Assembly: GCA_963783355.1 (NCBI GenBank)
Contig: CAWANF010000009.1
Coordinates: forward strand, 2,290 to 66,289
Origin: an uncultured bacterium
GTDB taxonomy: Bacteria; Bacteroidota; Rhodothermia; Balneolales; DATFMH01
Reading direction: 5' to 3'
Length of the DNA: 64,000 bases
The translations under genes were made by a program, and so were the position numbers. The notes beneath the pieces were generated by a model. It saw nothing but the letters and a program-made list of their open reading frames with translations. It made no database searches and was not told the DNA's origin. Positions 54,137-64,000 of this stretch are shown in pieces (position 1 is the first letter of the stretch; every line of letters starts with the position of its first letter).

Positions 54137-55264
54137 TCAATTTTGATGGATAATTTCACCCTTTTCAAAACGAAATTTTCTATTCGCTATATCCGAAAAA
54201 TTTATGTGGTTATCAAATGTTAATTCGTTGGCTGAAGTGATAAATGTTTGTCCTTCGTGTTCAGCCAGCATCATTAATAAAACTTCTATTTTGTGTGGAT
54301 CCAAATCGCCAAAAACGTCATCCAGCAATAATATGGGTAAATCTTCCAATTCTTCAGAAAAGAAAAATAACTGGGCCAGCTTCAATGAAATGGCAAACAG
54401 CCGGTGCTGTCCCTGTGAACCATATTTTCGCAATTCAAAATCATCCAGGTAAAACGTGATATCGTCCCTGTGCGGGCCGATCGTGGTATATTGTACTTCT
54501 TTCTCACGCGGAGCTGCTTTGTCCAACTGTTCCCTGAATGCAGCAGCTATCACTTCCGCTTCGGTTGACGGTTCACAGAACGTCTTATATTCAAAACCGG
54601 GCACGTGATTAATACCCGACATGTGTTTGTAGGCTTCCTGCAAATAACCGGCATATCGATTCAATATTTCTGTTCGTTTAGCAACAATACGCGCACCAAT
54701 ATCCACAAGCTGGATATTCCACGGTTCAAGATATGTTTCCGGCAATTTATGATATGCCATATCGCTCAGCAGGCGATTACGTTGTTTCAGAACTCTCCGG
54801 TAATCTACCAAATCGGATAAATAAGAAGACGATAACTGGCTGATGAAAGAATCGAGATAAGAACGACGTTCTGAGGGGCCTTCGCTGGTCAGCTTCTTAT
54901 CTTCGGGACTAAGCACCACTACCGGAACCATACCGATGAGATCAGAAAGCCGGTCCAGCGGACTATCATTTACATAAATTTTCTTGCCCTCGCCACGTGA
55001 ATATGTGCAGGAAACATCGAATGATGCCCGGATTAAGCCTTCAAAACTGCCTTTTATCCGAAATGCAGACTCATCGTGATGAACAACATACATATCACTG
55101 CTGGTTACGAAACTCCGGCTCATACACAGGTAATGAATGGCGTCAATCAAATTGGTCTTCCCGGCACCATTCGGACCCGTAATCACATTAAGGTGGGAAG
55201 CCCAATCGATTTCCACTTGTTTATGATTTCGAAAATTCGTCAGTTCCAGCCGCGTTATGCGCAT
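54137..55264 (-). CDS. recF: DNA replication/repair protein RecF
   Basis: MRITRLELTNFRNH...ITGPNGAGKTNLIDAI...GSQGQHRLFAISLKLA...LLLDDVFGDLD. Confidence 0.95.
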   Translation of the reverse strand: MRITRLELTNFRNHKQVEIDWASHLNVITGPNGAGKTNLIDAIHYLCMSRSFVTSSDMYVVHHDESAFRIKGSFEGLIRASFDVSCTYSRGEGKKIYVNDSPLDRLSDLIGMVPVVVLSPEDKKLTSEGPSERRSYLDSFISQLSSSYLSDLVDYRRVLKQRNRLLSDMAYHKLPETYLEPWNIQLVDIGARIVAKRTEILNRYAGYLQEAYKHMSGINHVPGFEYKTFCEPSTEAEVIAAAFREQLDKAAPREKEVQYTTIGPHRDDITFYLDDFELRKYGSQGQHRLFAISLKLAQLFFFSEELEDLPILLLDDVFGDLDPHKIEVLLMMLAEHEGQTFITSANELTFDNHINFSDIANRKFRFEKGEIIHQN

Positions 55265-55355
55265 TCGCTTTTAGACTATTTTTTAATTAAAAGTATTACC
55301 AGGATAACCAAATTCATACCCATGCTTCGACTCCGCTCAGCATGACATTTTTTTC

Positions 55356-55395
55356 TCACTACTCAATACTCACTACTCAATACTCAATACAAAAA
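55356..55395. repeat. TACTCAN heptad micro-repeat
   Basis: ctcac tactcaa tactcac tactcaa tactcaa tacaaaa. G-free on the plus strand. Confidence 0.8.
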
Positions 55396-55422
55396 AGGCT
55401 CGATGCCGGAAAACACGAGCCC
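55392..55422 (-). terminator. rho-independent terminator after the RRM gene
   Basis: On the minus strand: ggctcg-tgttttccggca-tcgagcc, then U6. Confidence 0.7.
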
Positions 55423-55459
55423 TGAATCAATAAACTTTGAATACAATCTCCCGGAATAT

Positions 55460-55717
55460 TCAATCTTCCTCTGTTGAACGTGGTTTAGCTTCATTCACGA
55501 CAAGTGTTCTCTCAAGAAAAACGGTATTATCAAGATTTTCAATAGCCGCTTTAGCGTCTTCTTCTTTGGCCATCTCCACAAATCCAAATCCCCTGGATCT
55601 TTTTGTCTTCTTATCCCGGACAATGAAAGCTCGTTCTACTGTTCCAAAATTTTCAAACAAGTCTTTCAGATCCTGATTACGCGTTTTCCATGCTAAATTT
55701 CCAACATATATATTCAT
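55460..55717 (-). CDS. RRM-type RNA-binding protein
   Basis: MNIYVGNLAW (RNP-2) and RGFGFVEM (RNP-1). Confidence 0.9.
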   Translation of the reverse strand: MNIYVGNLAWKTRNQDLKDLFENFGTVERAFIVRDKKTKRSRGFGFVEMAKEEDAKAAIENLDNTVFLERTLVVNEAKPRSTEED

Positions 55718-55874
55718 AATCTAACAGACTTTATCAGCATTATTGTGAAAGTTCTTATCCCGTTTAATGCATGATTTTATTATTAAAACCGATACTGCAA
55801 CGGGTTTGAGTTGAAATTAAAATACGATTTAATTGGAAAAAACAATATAAATCTGAAGGTTGCAATACAGATAC

Positions 55875-55910
55875 AAAAAAAGCCGTCTCACAACAGAAAC
55901 GGCCTTTTTT
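55875..55910 (-). terminator. bidirectional-type terminator after eno
   Basis: A-run, then gccgt...acggc, then T6. Confidence 0.6.
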
Positions 55911-55926
55911 AAAAAGTAAATCCGGA

Positions 55927-57222
<1,296 letters not shown>

Positions 57223-57356
57223 CTAATTTGATGTTATATAATATTTTTTACATCCCTGATAAGGTACGTTTTATTTCTCTCTCTGAAAAGTAAAATGAAT
57301 CATGTGAATTTAGAATTAAGTATAGAGTAGTGAGACCTAAGATTTTGAAAATTTTT

Positions 57357-57405
57357 CACTGTTTACTGTTCACTGTTTACTGTATCCTAAATTCTGTATT
57401 CTGTA
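57357..57405. repeat. YACTGTT/TTCTGTA heptad micro-repeat
   Basis: cactgtt tactgtt cactgtt tactgta tcctaaa ttctgta ttctgta, in the divergent eno/HAD intergenic region. GAGTAGTGAG (reverse complement of CTCACTACTC) lies at 57325-57334. Confidence 0.75.
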
Positions 57406-57466
57406 ATTAGTTATTTTACCAGCCCGAAATGAATCATCAACATAATGAGAAAGACGCTATAATTTT

Positions 57467-58147
57467 ATGCCCCAAACCTCAAAAAAACTTTTTTTATTCG
57501 ATATAGACGGCACTTTGATCAATATTCAAAATGGGTTTATGCACCGTCTTCTTGAGAAAATCCTCAAAGAGCAGACGCACCGCGACATCGATTTAAGTAA
57601 ACATAAGTTTGCCGGACGCACCGACCGGGATATTTTCTATTCTATTCTCGATCAGGAATTACGGTATTCCGACGATGAGCTGTTCGAGACGGTCAAAGAA
57701 GCTTACATCAACCGGTTAGATGCCGAATTGACTCCAGGCCACGTCACCGTCATTGATCATGTTGAGAAAGCCATCAGCTATTTGCAGGAACACGAATTAC
57801 CATTCGGTTTATTGACGGGCAATTTTAAGGAATCGGCATTTATAAAATTAAATCGTGGCCGTATCGATCATTATTTTTCGTTCGGTGCTTTTGGCACGCA
57901 CCATACTGATCGAAATATGCTTCCGGAAATAGCACTTGAAGAAGCTAAAAGAATATATAATTCGGACTTCAGTCCTGAAGATATGATTATCATCGGGGAC
58001 ACCCCAAAAGACATCGCCTGTGCTCATCATTTTGGAGCGGTTTCACTTGCCGTAGCTACAGGATATTATACCACGGCAGAACTTGCTGAATACCGCCCTA
58101 AAATCCTGATGAAAAATCTGTCTGAATTTATACCCATGTTCGGCTGA
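57467..58147 (+). CDS. HAD-family hydrolase
   Basis: LFLFDIDGTL motif I and IIIGDTPKD motif IV. Confidence 0.8.
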   Translation: MPQTSKKLFLFDIDGTLINIQNGFMHRLLEKILKEQTHRDIDLSKHKFAGRTDRDIFYSILDQELRYSDDELFETVKEAYINRLDAELTPGHVTVIDHVEKAISYLQEHELPFGLLTGNFKESAFIKLNRGRIDHYFSFGAFGTHHTDRNMLPEIALEEAKRIYNSDFSPEDMIIIGDTPKDIACAHHFGAVSLAVATGYYTTAELAEYRPKILMKNLSEFIPMFG

Positions 58148-58975
58148 TTACCACATACCTCCAAAAACGAGGCTGATCATCGGGCTTCCGAAAAATTTCT
58201 GCCTCGGGGAACCGGGAAGTGTAATCGGGTTACCACTATTATCATATACCAGAGATCCATTATTGCCAAGTTCATATTTCCGGGGCTCAAGAATTTGTAT
58301 ACCCTGCTGGTAATATTGGAAATAATACCCGAATTCAACACTCGTGATATTCTTCATTTTGCTGCCGAAATCGATACCAATAGCTATTTTACCGCCGGCC
58401 CCCCATTTAAAATGTCCGTCTTTCCATCCACTGAAAATATCATTAATAGGTTCATATCTGGCATTGGGATTCAAACCGAAGGGATACCCTTCATCCCTGA
58501 TTTTATTACCATTATAATCTTTAAAATATGGATAGATAAAGGCTAACGACGGTCCGCCGCCCCCGGTTAAATAGATGCGAAAATTATCCTGGATTTTATT
58601 TGCAAACAGGCGATGTTTAAAGCCAACCATTAGCGGGAAATCTAAAACCCTGTTAAATTTATTCGGAATAACCTGGCCAAAATACGATTGAAACGTTTGC
58701 TCAGCGACATTTCGTAATCCTGTAATCTGTAAATCTAGTGTCAACTCCGACATGGGAGACAGTACCCTGCGATATTGTCCGCCAAGGCCAAATCCAAAAT
58801 TATTCAGAACAACATTAAAGCCAAGGCCGTTTTTATAGCCGTAACTCACAGGTGTTTTCGCTTTCGATACAGGAGCTACCGGAGGTTCCGCACCGACTTC
58901 CTGAGCATATGCACTTGCTGAAAATGATAAGCTGATTAGAAGTATGATTATTGGATAAATTGATTTACGCAACAT
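58148..58975 (-). CDS. outer-membrane beta-barrel protein, hypothetical
   Basis: Signal peptide MLRKSIYPIIILLISLSFSASAYAQ, alternating beta pattern, C-terminal LVFGGMW. Confidence 0.55.
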   Translation of the reverse strand: MLRKSIYPIIILLISLSFSASAYAQEVGAEPPVAPVSKAKTPVSYGYKNGLGFNVVLNNFGFGLGGQYRRVLSPMSELTLDLQITGLRNVAEQTFQSYFGQVIPNKFNRVLDFPLMVGFKHRLFANKIQDNFRIYLTGGGGPSLAFIYPYFKDYNGNKIRDEGYPFGLNPNARYEPINDIFSGWKDGHFKWGAGGKIAIGIDFGSKMKNITSVEFGYYFQYYQQGIQILEPRKYELGNNGSLVYDNSGNPITLPGSPRQKFFGSPMISLVFGGMW

Positions 58976-59139
58976 AATGTTACAAACTTTAGTTAATTGG
59001 TCGGGCATGGATAGTCTTTATATAAGAAATATCAACATTTTCATGGTGTGATGAACAATAAACTTAGCCCATCTTATAATAAAATTTAAAATTTAAAAAA
59101 TTTCCACTTGCCAAAATCGATTTTGACCTTATCTTCTAC

Positions 59140-59613
59140 GTGTCATTCCTCAAACACGAAATGGCGAATACGGCCGATTTTCGGCATTATCGTTATAATA
59201 ACGCTCAAAAACGTTCAAAAGGTATGAATTCAGAACAAAAATTCATTGTTTTTGGTCCGGTAGATACTCTCAAGCGGTTGGGACCTGCCTTGATTGATGA
59301 TGAAAAACCAAAATATCAATATTCATATTCTTCAAAAGAATCGACCATAGAGATAAACGTCGCGGTTTTTGAAGAATACCAACGTCAATTAAATTCTAGT
59401 ACAGCACTCACTGTTATCTTTGAATTGTCGGGTAAAAGCCTGAAAATTGAAATGCTGCCCACGGGGGGACGCATGGGATTTCGCGGAAGTGCCATCGACG
59501 ACGAACGTCCGCTGAATGAAAAAGTAAGTGACTATATTTTTGATTTCGCAAAAAGATTCGGGCTGACCGTACAAGAGTTAAAAGTGGATACTTCACAGGA
59601 AAACGATTCGTAA
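59140..59613 (+). CDS. hypothetical protein
   Basis: Intact ORF. The start may be ATG 59161 or 59224. No motif recognised. Confidence 0.4.
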   Translation: MSFLKHEMANTADFRHYRYNNAQKRSKGMNSEQKFIVFGPVDTLKRLGPALIDDEKPKYQYSYSSKESTIEINVAVFEEYQRQLNSSTALTVIFELSGKSLKIEMLPTGGRMGFRGSAIDDERPLNEKVSDYIFDFAKRFGLTVQELKVDTSQENDS

Positions 59614-59620
59614 TTCATTT

Positions 59621-60496
59621 ATGCCAGTAACTCCGGATGAATGGAATGTTTTGTCTATGATAAACTGGGGGACCGAATACTTTGAAGAAAAAGGAATTCC
59701 TTCCCCGCGTTTGAGCATCGAATGGATTCTGGCGGAAGTCCTGAGTCTTAAACGCCTTAATCTGTATATACAATTCGAAAGGCCTTTATCAAAAGACGAA
59801 TTGAAACGGATCCGTGAATATGTGAAACGTCGTGCCCGGCATGAACCTCTGCAGTACATCATCGGCTACACTGAATTCATGAATGCGAAAATCAATGTTA
59901 ATCCTGATGTACTGATTCCCCGTCCGGAAACGGAGCAACTGACAGAACTTATTCTGGAAGAAAATCCCGGAAATACCGGATTGAATGTGCTCGATATCGG
60001 TACAGGTTCCGGATGTATTGCTATTGCCCTGAAAATGGAACATCCCGACTGGAATATTTATGGAATTGATATCAGTGAAAAAGCTATTGCCGTGGCCCGG
60101 GAAAATGCCCGGCTAAATGAAGTTGACGTTATTTTTCAAACTGGCGACATTGCAGAACCCGAATTCATTTCTGTCAATAAATATGCTCCGTTCGATATCA
60201 TCGTTTCGAACCCGCCATATATCTTTCCCTATGAAAAAAAGGATCTGGATAAAGAAGTAAAGGATTATGAACCGGAACAAGCCCTGTTTCATGCTGATCC
60301 AAAAGTGATTTACAATCATATCATTGTCTATTCAGAACAGTTTCTGAAGTCGGAAGGCCTGCTTTACCTGGAATTACATGAAGATTCGGGACAAGAGATC
60401 CTTAATCTTATAAAGCCAGACATTTGGGACGCTTCCTTTCGTTCCGACTACAGTCAAAAAAATCGCTTTCTAAGGGGGAAATTTTACTCAAAATAG
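59621..60496 (+). CDS. prmC: release factor glutamine methyltransferase
   Basis: VLDIGTGSGCIAIAL and IVSNPPYI. Confidence 0.9.
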   Translation: MPVTPDEWNVLSMINWGTEYFEEKGIPSPRLSIEWILAEVLSLKRLNLYIQFERPLSKDELKRIREYVKRRARHEPLQYIIGYTEFMNAKINVNPDVLIPRPETEQLTELILEENPGNTGLNVLDIGTGSGCIAIALKMEHPDWNIYGIDISEKAIAVARENARLNEVDVIFQTGDIAEPEFISVNKYAPFDIIVSNPPYIFPYEKKDLDKEVKDYEPEQALFHADPKVIYNHIIVYSEQFLKSEGLLYLELHEDSGQEILNLIKPDIWDASFRSDYSQKNRFLRGKFYSK

Positions 60497-60930
60497 GATA
60501 AACATTTGTAGGATAGAGAGTTAACCTTTACGAGCTAATATTGAGTCAAACTATATTCTCAACATGTGGATAACTTGTGCAAAACTTTTTTACCGGTACC
60601 CCTTAGTACTTTTTTTAGGCATAAATCGTATGTTAAGCCAATGTTATCAAAAAGCAATAGCTTGTAAAAATATCCACATAATTCGTTATATCTTATTGCT
60701 ATTCAACAAAATGCGCTGTTTACAATAATGTGGATAACTTCAAAAGGCCTGTGAAAATTTATTTTGACATCTGCCAAATAAATTATCATTTTCACTCTTC
60801 CCGCCATGACTCAAAAGAACGAGAGATGTGGATAACTTGGGGGATCCATTTGGGGTTATGCAAAACTTGAATAACTATTTTTGAACTTTTTTATAAGATG
60901 ATATTATAAAGATGGCAGGAGGTATTTAAA
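60497..60930. promoter_or_regulatory. chromosomal replication origin (oriC) candidate
   Basis: Three identical ATGTGGATAACTT 13-mers (DnaA box TGTGGATAA at 60565-60573, 60729-60737 and 60827-60835). One inverted 8/9 box aTATCCACA at 60670-60678. An AT-rich tract at about 60871-60905. dnaA follows immediately downstream. Confidence 0.8.
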
Positions 60931-60936
60931 TTGAGT

Positions 60937-62379
60937 ATGGATAATGCTGAGATAATTTGGCAAAAATGTCTGGATATCATCAGAGACAACATAAATTATC
61001 AGAAGTTCAAATCCTGGTTTGAGCCAATCAAACCACTTAAGATTGAAAACAGTACGCTAACGATTCAGGTACCTTCACAATTTTGGTACGAATGGCTGGA
61101 AGAACATTATTATAATATGCTTCGATCCAGTATTTCAAAGGTTCTGGGTCCGGAAGGGAAGCTTGAATATTCTGTTGTTTTGGAAAAATCGACAACATCA
61201 ACCGGCGATAACCGATCAGTGCGGCTGCCGCAGCAACCGGTACCACCTGTTTCCGAGCAGGAAATCCCGGCTTTTCCATCCTATCAGCCCGGACAAATTC
61301 AGAATCCGTTTATCATTCCGGGACTTAAGAAGACCAAGATCAATTCAAACCTGAATCAGAATTACGTATTTGAACGTTTTATTGAAGGGGATTGTAATAA
61401 GCTGGCCCGTAATGCATCGCTGGCTATTTCTGATAATCCCGGCAAAAATTCGTTCAATCCTTTTTTCGTTTATGGCGGTGTAGGTCTGGGAAAGACCCAT
61501 TTAGCCCAAAGCATCGGAAATAAGATCAAACAGGATTTCGGGGACGAGAAATCGGTCCTGTATTTTTCTTCGGAAAGTTTTACCAACGAATTCGTTCATG
61601 CTATCCGGAATAACAGGGCCAGCGAATTCTCGATGTTTTATCGTAACATCGACGTATTAATAGTAGACGATATACAGTTCTTCAGCGGAAAGGAAAAAAC
61701 TCAGGAGGAGTTTTTCCATATTTTCAACACGCTGCACCAGGAAGGAAAACAGATTATCCTGAGCAGCGACCGCGCACCCAAGGACATCCCCGATATCGAA
61801 GAGCGTTTGATTTCACGATTCAGCTGGGGATTGAGTGCCGATCTTCAGATGCCGGATTACGAAACACGCCACGCTATCCTGGAACGAAAAGCCGCCGATA
61901 ACGGCGTGGAACTGGACCCTGAAATTTTTGAGTTTATCGCCCGCAATTTCAAATCCAGTATTCGGGACCTGGAAGGTGCCATTATTAAATTACTGGCCGC
62001 TTCTTCCCTGCAGGGCATCGACGAAATCGATCTGTTGATGGCGAAGCGTATCCTTAAGGACATGATCAACGAATCTAAGGCTCATATTTCCATTGAGAGC
62101 ATCCAAAATTACGTGAGCGAATACTTTGGTCTGGATCCGAACAAACTGCGCGACAAGACGAGAAAACAAGAGATTGTGGAGGCCCGTCAAATCGCCATGT
62201 TCCTGGCAAAGAAGCTGACGAAATCAAGCCTGAAATCCATTGGTTTGCAATTCGGCGGACGCGACCATTCAACGGTCATCCATGCCATAACTTCGGTGGA
62301 AGACCGGCTTCGCAGCAGCTCCAAACATCAGCGTATCTTAAAGGATATTGAACACCAAATTGAGCTAACCAGTTTATAA
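60937..62379 (+). CDS. dnaA: chromosomal replication initiator protein DnaA
   Basis: FVYGGVGLGKTHL, VDDIQFFSGKEKTQEEFFH, and C-terminal QIAMFLAKKLT...GGRDHSTVIHA. Confidence 0.97.
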   Translation: MDNAEIIWQKCLDIIRDNINYQKFKSWFEPIKPLKIENSTLTIQVPSQFWYEWLEEHYYNMLRSSISKVLGPEGKLEYSVVLEKSTTSTGDNRSVRLPQQPVPPVSEQEIPAFPSYQPGQIQNPFIIPGLKKTKINSNLNQNYVFERFIEGDCNKLARNASLAISDNPGKNSFNPFFVYGGVGLGKTHLAQSIGNKIKQDFGDEKSVLYFSSESFTNEFVHAIRNNRASEFSMFYRNIDVLIVDDIQFFSGKEKTQEEFFHIFNTLHQEGKQIILSSDRAPKDIPDIEERLISRFSWGLSADLQMPDYETRHAILERKAADNGVELDPEIFEFIARNFKSSIRDLEGAIIKLLAASSLQGIDEIDLLMAKRILKDMINESKAHISIESIQNYVSEYFGLDPNKLRDKTRKQEIVEARQIAMFLAKKLTKSSLKSIGLQFGGRDHSTVIHAITSVEDRLRSSSKHQRILKDIEHQIELTSL

Positions 62380-62393
62380 ACCCTCTCAGTGCC

Positions 62394-62885
62394 ATGTCGG
62401 AGACCGTAATTGTTGCTTTGGGCACCAGCCTGGGCAACCGGCTTCAAAACTTAATTAATGCAAAGAAATTCCTCTCCAGCCTGGCACTGCCCCCCCTTTA
62501 TAGCTCATCCATTTACGAGACGGAACCGGTAGGCCCGTCTGAAAACAATTATTACAATGCGGTAATTGCATTTGAAACGGACATCCCGCCGGAACGGTTA
62601 ATTTCGCTGTTTAAAGACTTCGAAAAAAAAGAAGGGCGGGATATGCAGGCACCGCGCTGGACCGACCGGATTATTGATTTGGATATCATTGCTTACGGAC
62701 AAAGAAATATTTCTTCAGGTTTATTGCAAATTCCTCATCCCGAATATCCCAAACGACCATTTGTTTTATTACCTTTGGAAGAAATAAATTCCAACTGGAC
62801 GGATCCTGTGACGGGTTTAACGATAAAAAAAATGATATCATCAGCACCGGATATGTTCATTCGGAAAACGGATTTACATTGGTAG
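62394..62885 (+). CDS. folK: 2-amino-4-hydroxy-6-hydroxymethyldihydropteridine diphosphokinase
   Basis: IVALGTSLGN...YETEPVG...RIIDLDII...PHPEYPKRPFVLLPL. Confidence 0.9.
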   Translation: MSETVIVALGTSLGNRLQNLINAKKFLSSLALPPLYSSSIYETEPVGPSENNYYNAVIAFETDIPPERLISLFKDFEKKEGRDMQAPRWTDRIIDLDIIAYGQRNISSGLLQIPHPEYPKRPFVLLPLEEINSNWTDPVTGLTIKKMISSAPDMFIRKTDLHW

Positions 62886-62893
62886 CCAATGGC

Positions 62894-63532
62894 ATGAACT
62901 CATTTGATTACATAGCGATAGAGGGCGTCATCGGGGCTGGCAAAACCTCGCTTGCCCGGTTGCTGGCGGAACGCCATAACGCTAAACTTGCGCTCGAAGA
63001 ATTCGATGAGAATCCGTTCCTGCCCCGTTTTTATAACGACCGCGAACGCTATGCATTCCAGACACAATTATCCTTTCTCGCCAGCCGTTTTCATCAGCAG
63101 CAGCAGATATTGAACAAGGATTTATTTCACGATTTCGTCATTTCCGATTATCTTTTTGATAAGGACCGGATTTTCGCAATGGTGAACCTGAGCGGTGATG
63201 AAATGGCTCTGTACGATCGTATCTTCAATATTATGAATCTGAAAACTCCGAAACCTGACCTGGTTGTTTTTATCCAGTGTACGGTTGATCGGTTGATGTA
63301 TAATATTGACTTACGGGGCCGCGATTATGAACTAAATATCGACCCGGATTACCTGACCGATTTAAACGACGCTTATAATACGTACTTCTATCATTACGAC
63401 CGGTCACCCATCATGGTTATAAACGCCAGCGAGATTGATTTTGTTAATAATGAGGAGCATCTGAAATACATTGAAGAACAAATATTTTTGCAGCCCATAC
63501 GTAATACTCATACTCACATTACTCCAAGATAA
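62894..63532 (+). CDS. deoxynucleoside kinase
   Basis: IAIEGVIGAGKTSLARLLA...ERYAFQTQLSFL...DRLMYNIDLRGRDYE. Confidence 0.85.
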   Translation: MNSFDYIAIEGVIGAGKTSLARLLAERHNAKLALEEFDENPFLPRFYNDRERYAFQTQLSFLASRFHQQQQILNKDLFHDFVISDYLFDKDRIFAMVNLSGDEMALYDRIFNIMNLKTPKPDLVVFIQCTVDRLMYNIDLRGRDYELNIDPDYLTDLNDAYNTYFYHYDRSPIMVINASEIDFVNNEEHLKYIEEQIFLQPIRNTHTHITPR

Positions 63533-63538
63533 TATTAC

Positions 63539-63769
63539 ATGTTACGTCTGATAATCATATTCTTGATCATTTTCATTTTTATCAGGATTTATAAACATCT
63601 TTCCTTCACTATCACTACACCCGGCGGGACCGGCGGAAACCAATTCAACAATGCCGGACGAAATAATCAGAAACAACCGCCCTTCGAGGATGTTGAAGAA
63701 GCTGAATTTGTCGAGATAAAGGATAAAGAAGAAAAAAAGCAGGAATCGAAAGCTGAAACCAAATCCTGA
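63539..63769 (+). CDS. small membrane protein with acidic/lysine-rich tail (DUF4834-like)
   Basis: MLRLIIIFLIIFIFIRIY TM segment, then ...FEDVEEAEFVEIKDKEEKK. Confidence 0.5.
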   Translation: MLRLIIIFLIIFIFIRIYKHLSFTITTPGGTGGNQFNNAGRNNQKQPPFEDVEEAEFVEIKDKEEKKQESKAETKS

Positions 63770-63896
63770 TTCCGTCATTTCCACTTAAACCCACACTTCT
63801 GTTACTATTTTATCGCAGCTGGAATTTTTAAAAACAAAAATGACACAGCCGTTGCAAAGTGATGGTGAAAAACCGTATATTTTAAGCTCTTTAAAA

Positions 63897-63980
63897 GCCC
63901 TGGTGGTGAAATTGGTAGACACGCTGTCTTGAGGGGGCAGTGCTGGAAACGGCGTGCTGGTTCGAATCCAGTCCAGGGCA
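63897..63980 (+). tRNA. tRNA-Leu (anticodon GAG)
   Basis: Acceptor GCCCTGG/CCAGGGC plus discriminator A. Anticodon arm CTGTC-TTGAGGG-GGCAG. Long variable arm. T-arm GCTGG-TTCGAAT-CCAGT. CCA is not encoded. Confidence 0.9.
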
Positions 63981-64000
63981 CACAACACCAAGCTAATGCA

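Noticed and set aside
63785-63991. 68-aa minus-strand ORF at the window end.
   Set aside because: It lies antisense to a well-formed tRNA-Leu and is therefore spurious.

Overview
The window joins two unrelated sequences. Part A (1 to about 12,630) is about 70% GC and looks Planctomycetota-like (inference). It carries a FIST lipoprotein, a Gfo/Idh/MocA oxidoreductase, an Fe-S aldo/keto reductase, an etfB-etfA-acyl-CoA dehydrogenase operon, a TauE exporter and an ISKra4-like IS. Nearly every gene in part A is broken by frame changes. Part B (about 12,640 to 64,000) is about 35-45% GC and looks like an FCB-group (Bacteroidota-like) chromosome, also an inference. It is mostly ordinary housekeeping DNA: acnA, rplM-rpsI-rpsB-tsf-pyrH-frr, smc, ispH, recF, eno, prmC, a clear oriC with DnaA boxes, dnaA-folK, and tRNA-Leu. 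The junction truncates a gene on each side, so it is most likely a contig concatenation or chimera, not a horizontally acquired island. I found no recognisable multi-gene novel system such as CRISPR, RM, retron or toxin-antitoxin. The best candidates for a second look are: (1) an AT-rich mini-island (14.7-16.5 kb) with a solitary zinc-ribbon PD-(D/E)xK nuclease and a roughly 350 nt GC-rich, hairpin-dense non-coding element just 3' of it; (2) a perfect (GTGCCTTT)x13 microsatellite upstream of ispH, with a related GCCTTT block at the Nramp gene start; (3) a dispersed family of strand-asymmetric heptad micro-repeats (TACTCAN) in intergenic regions. All functional calls come from reading the ORF translations by eye. 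No searches were run.
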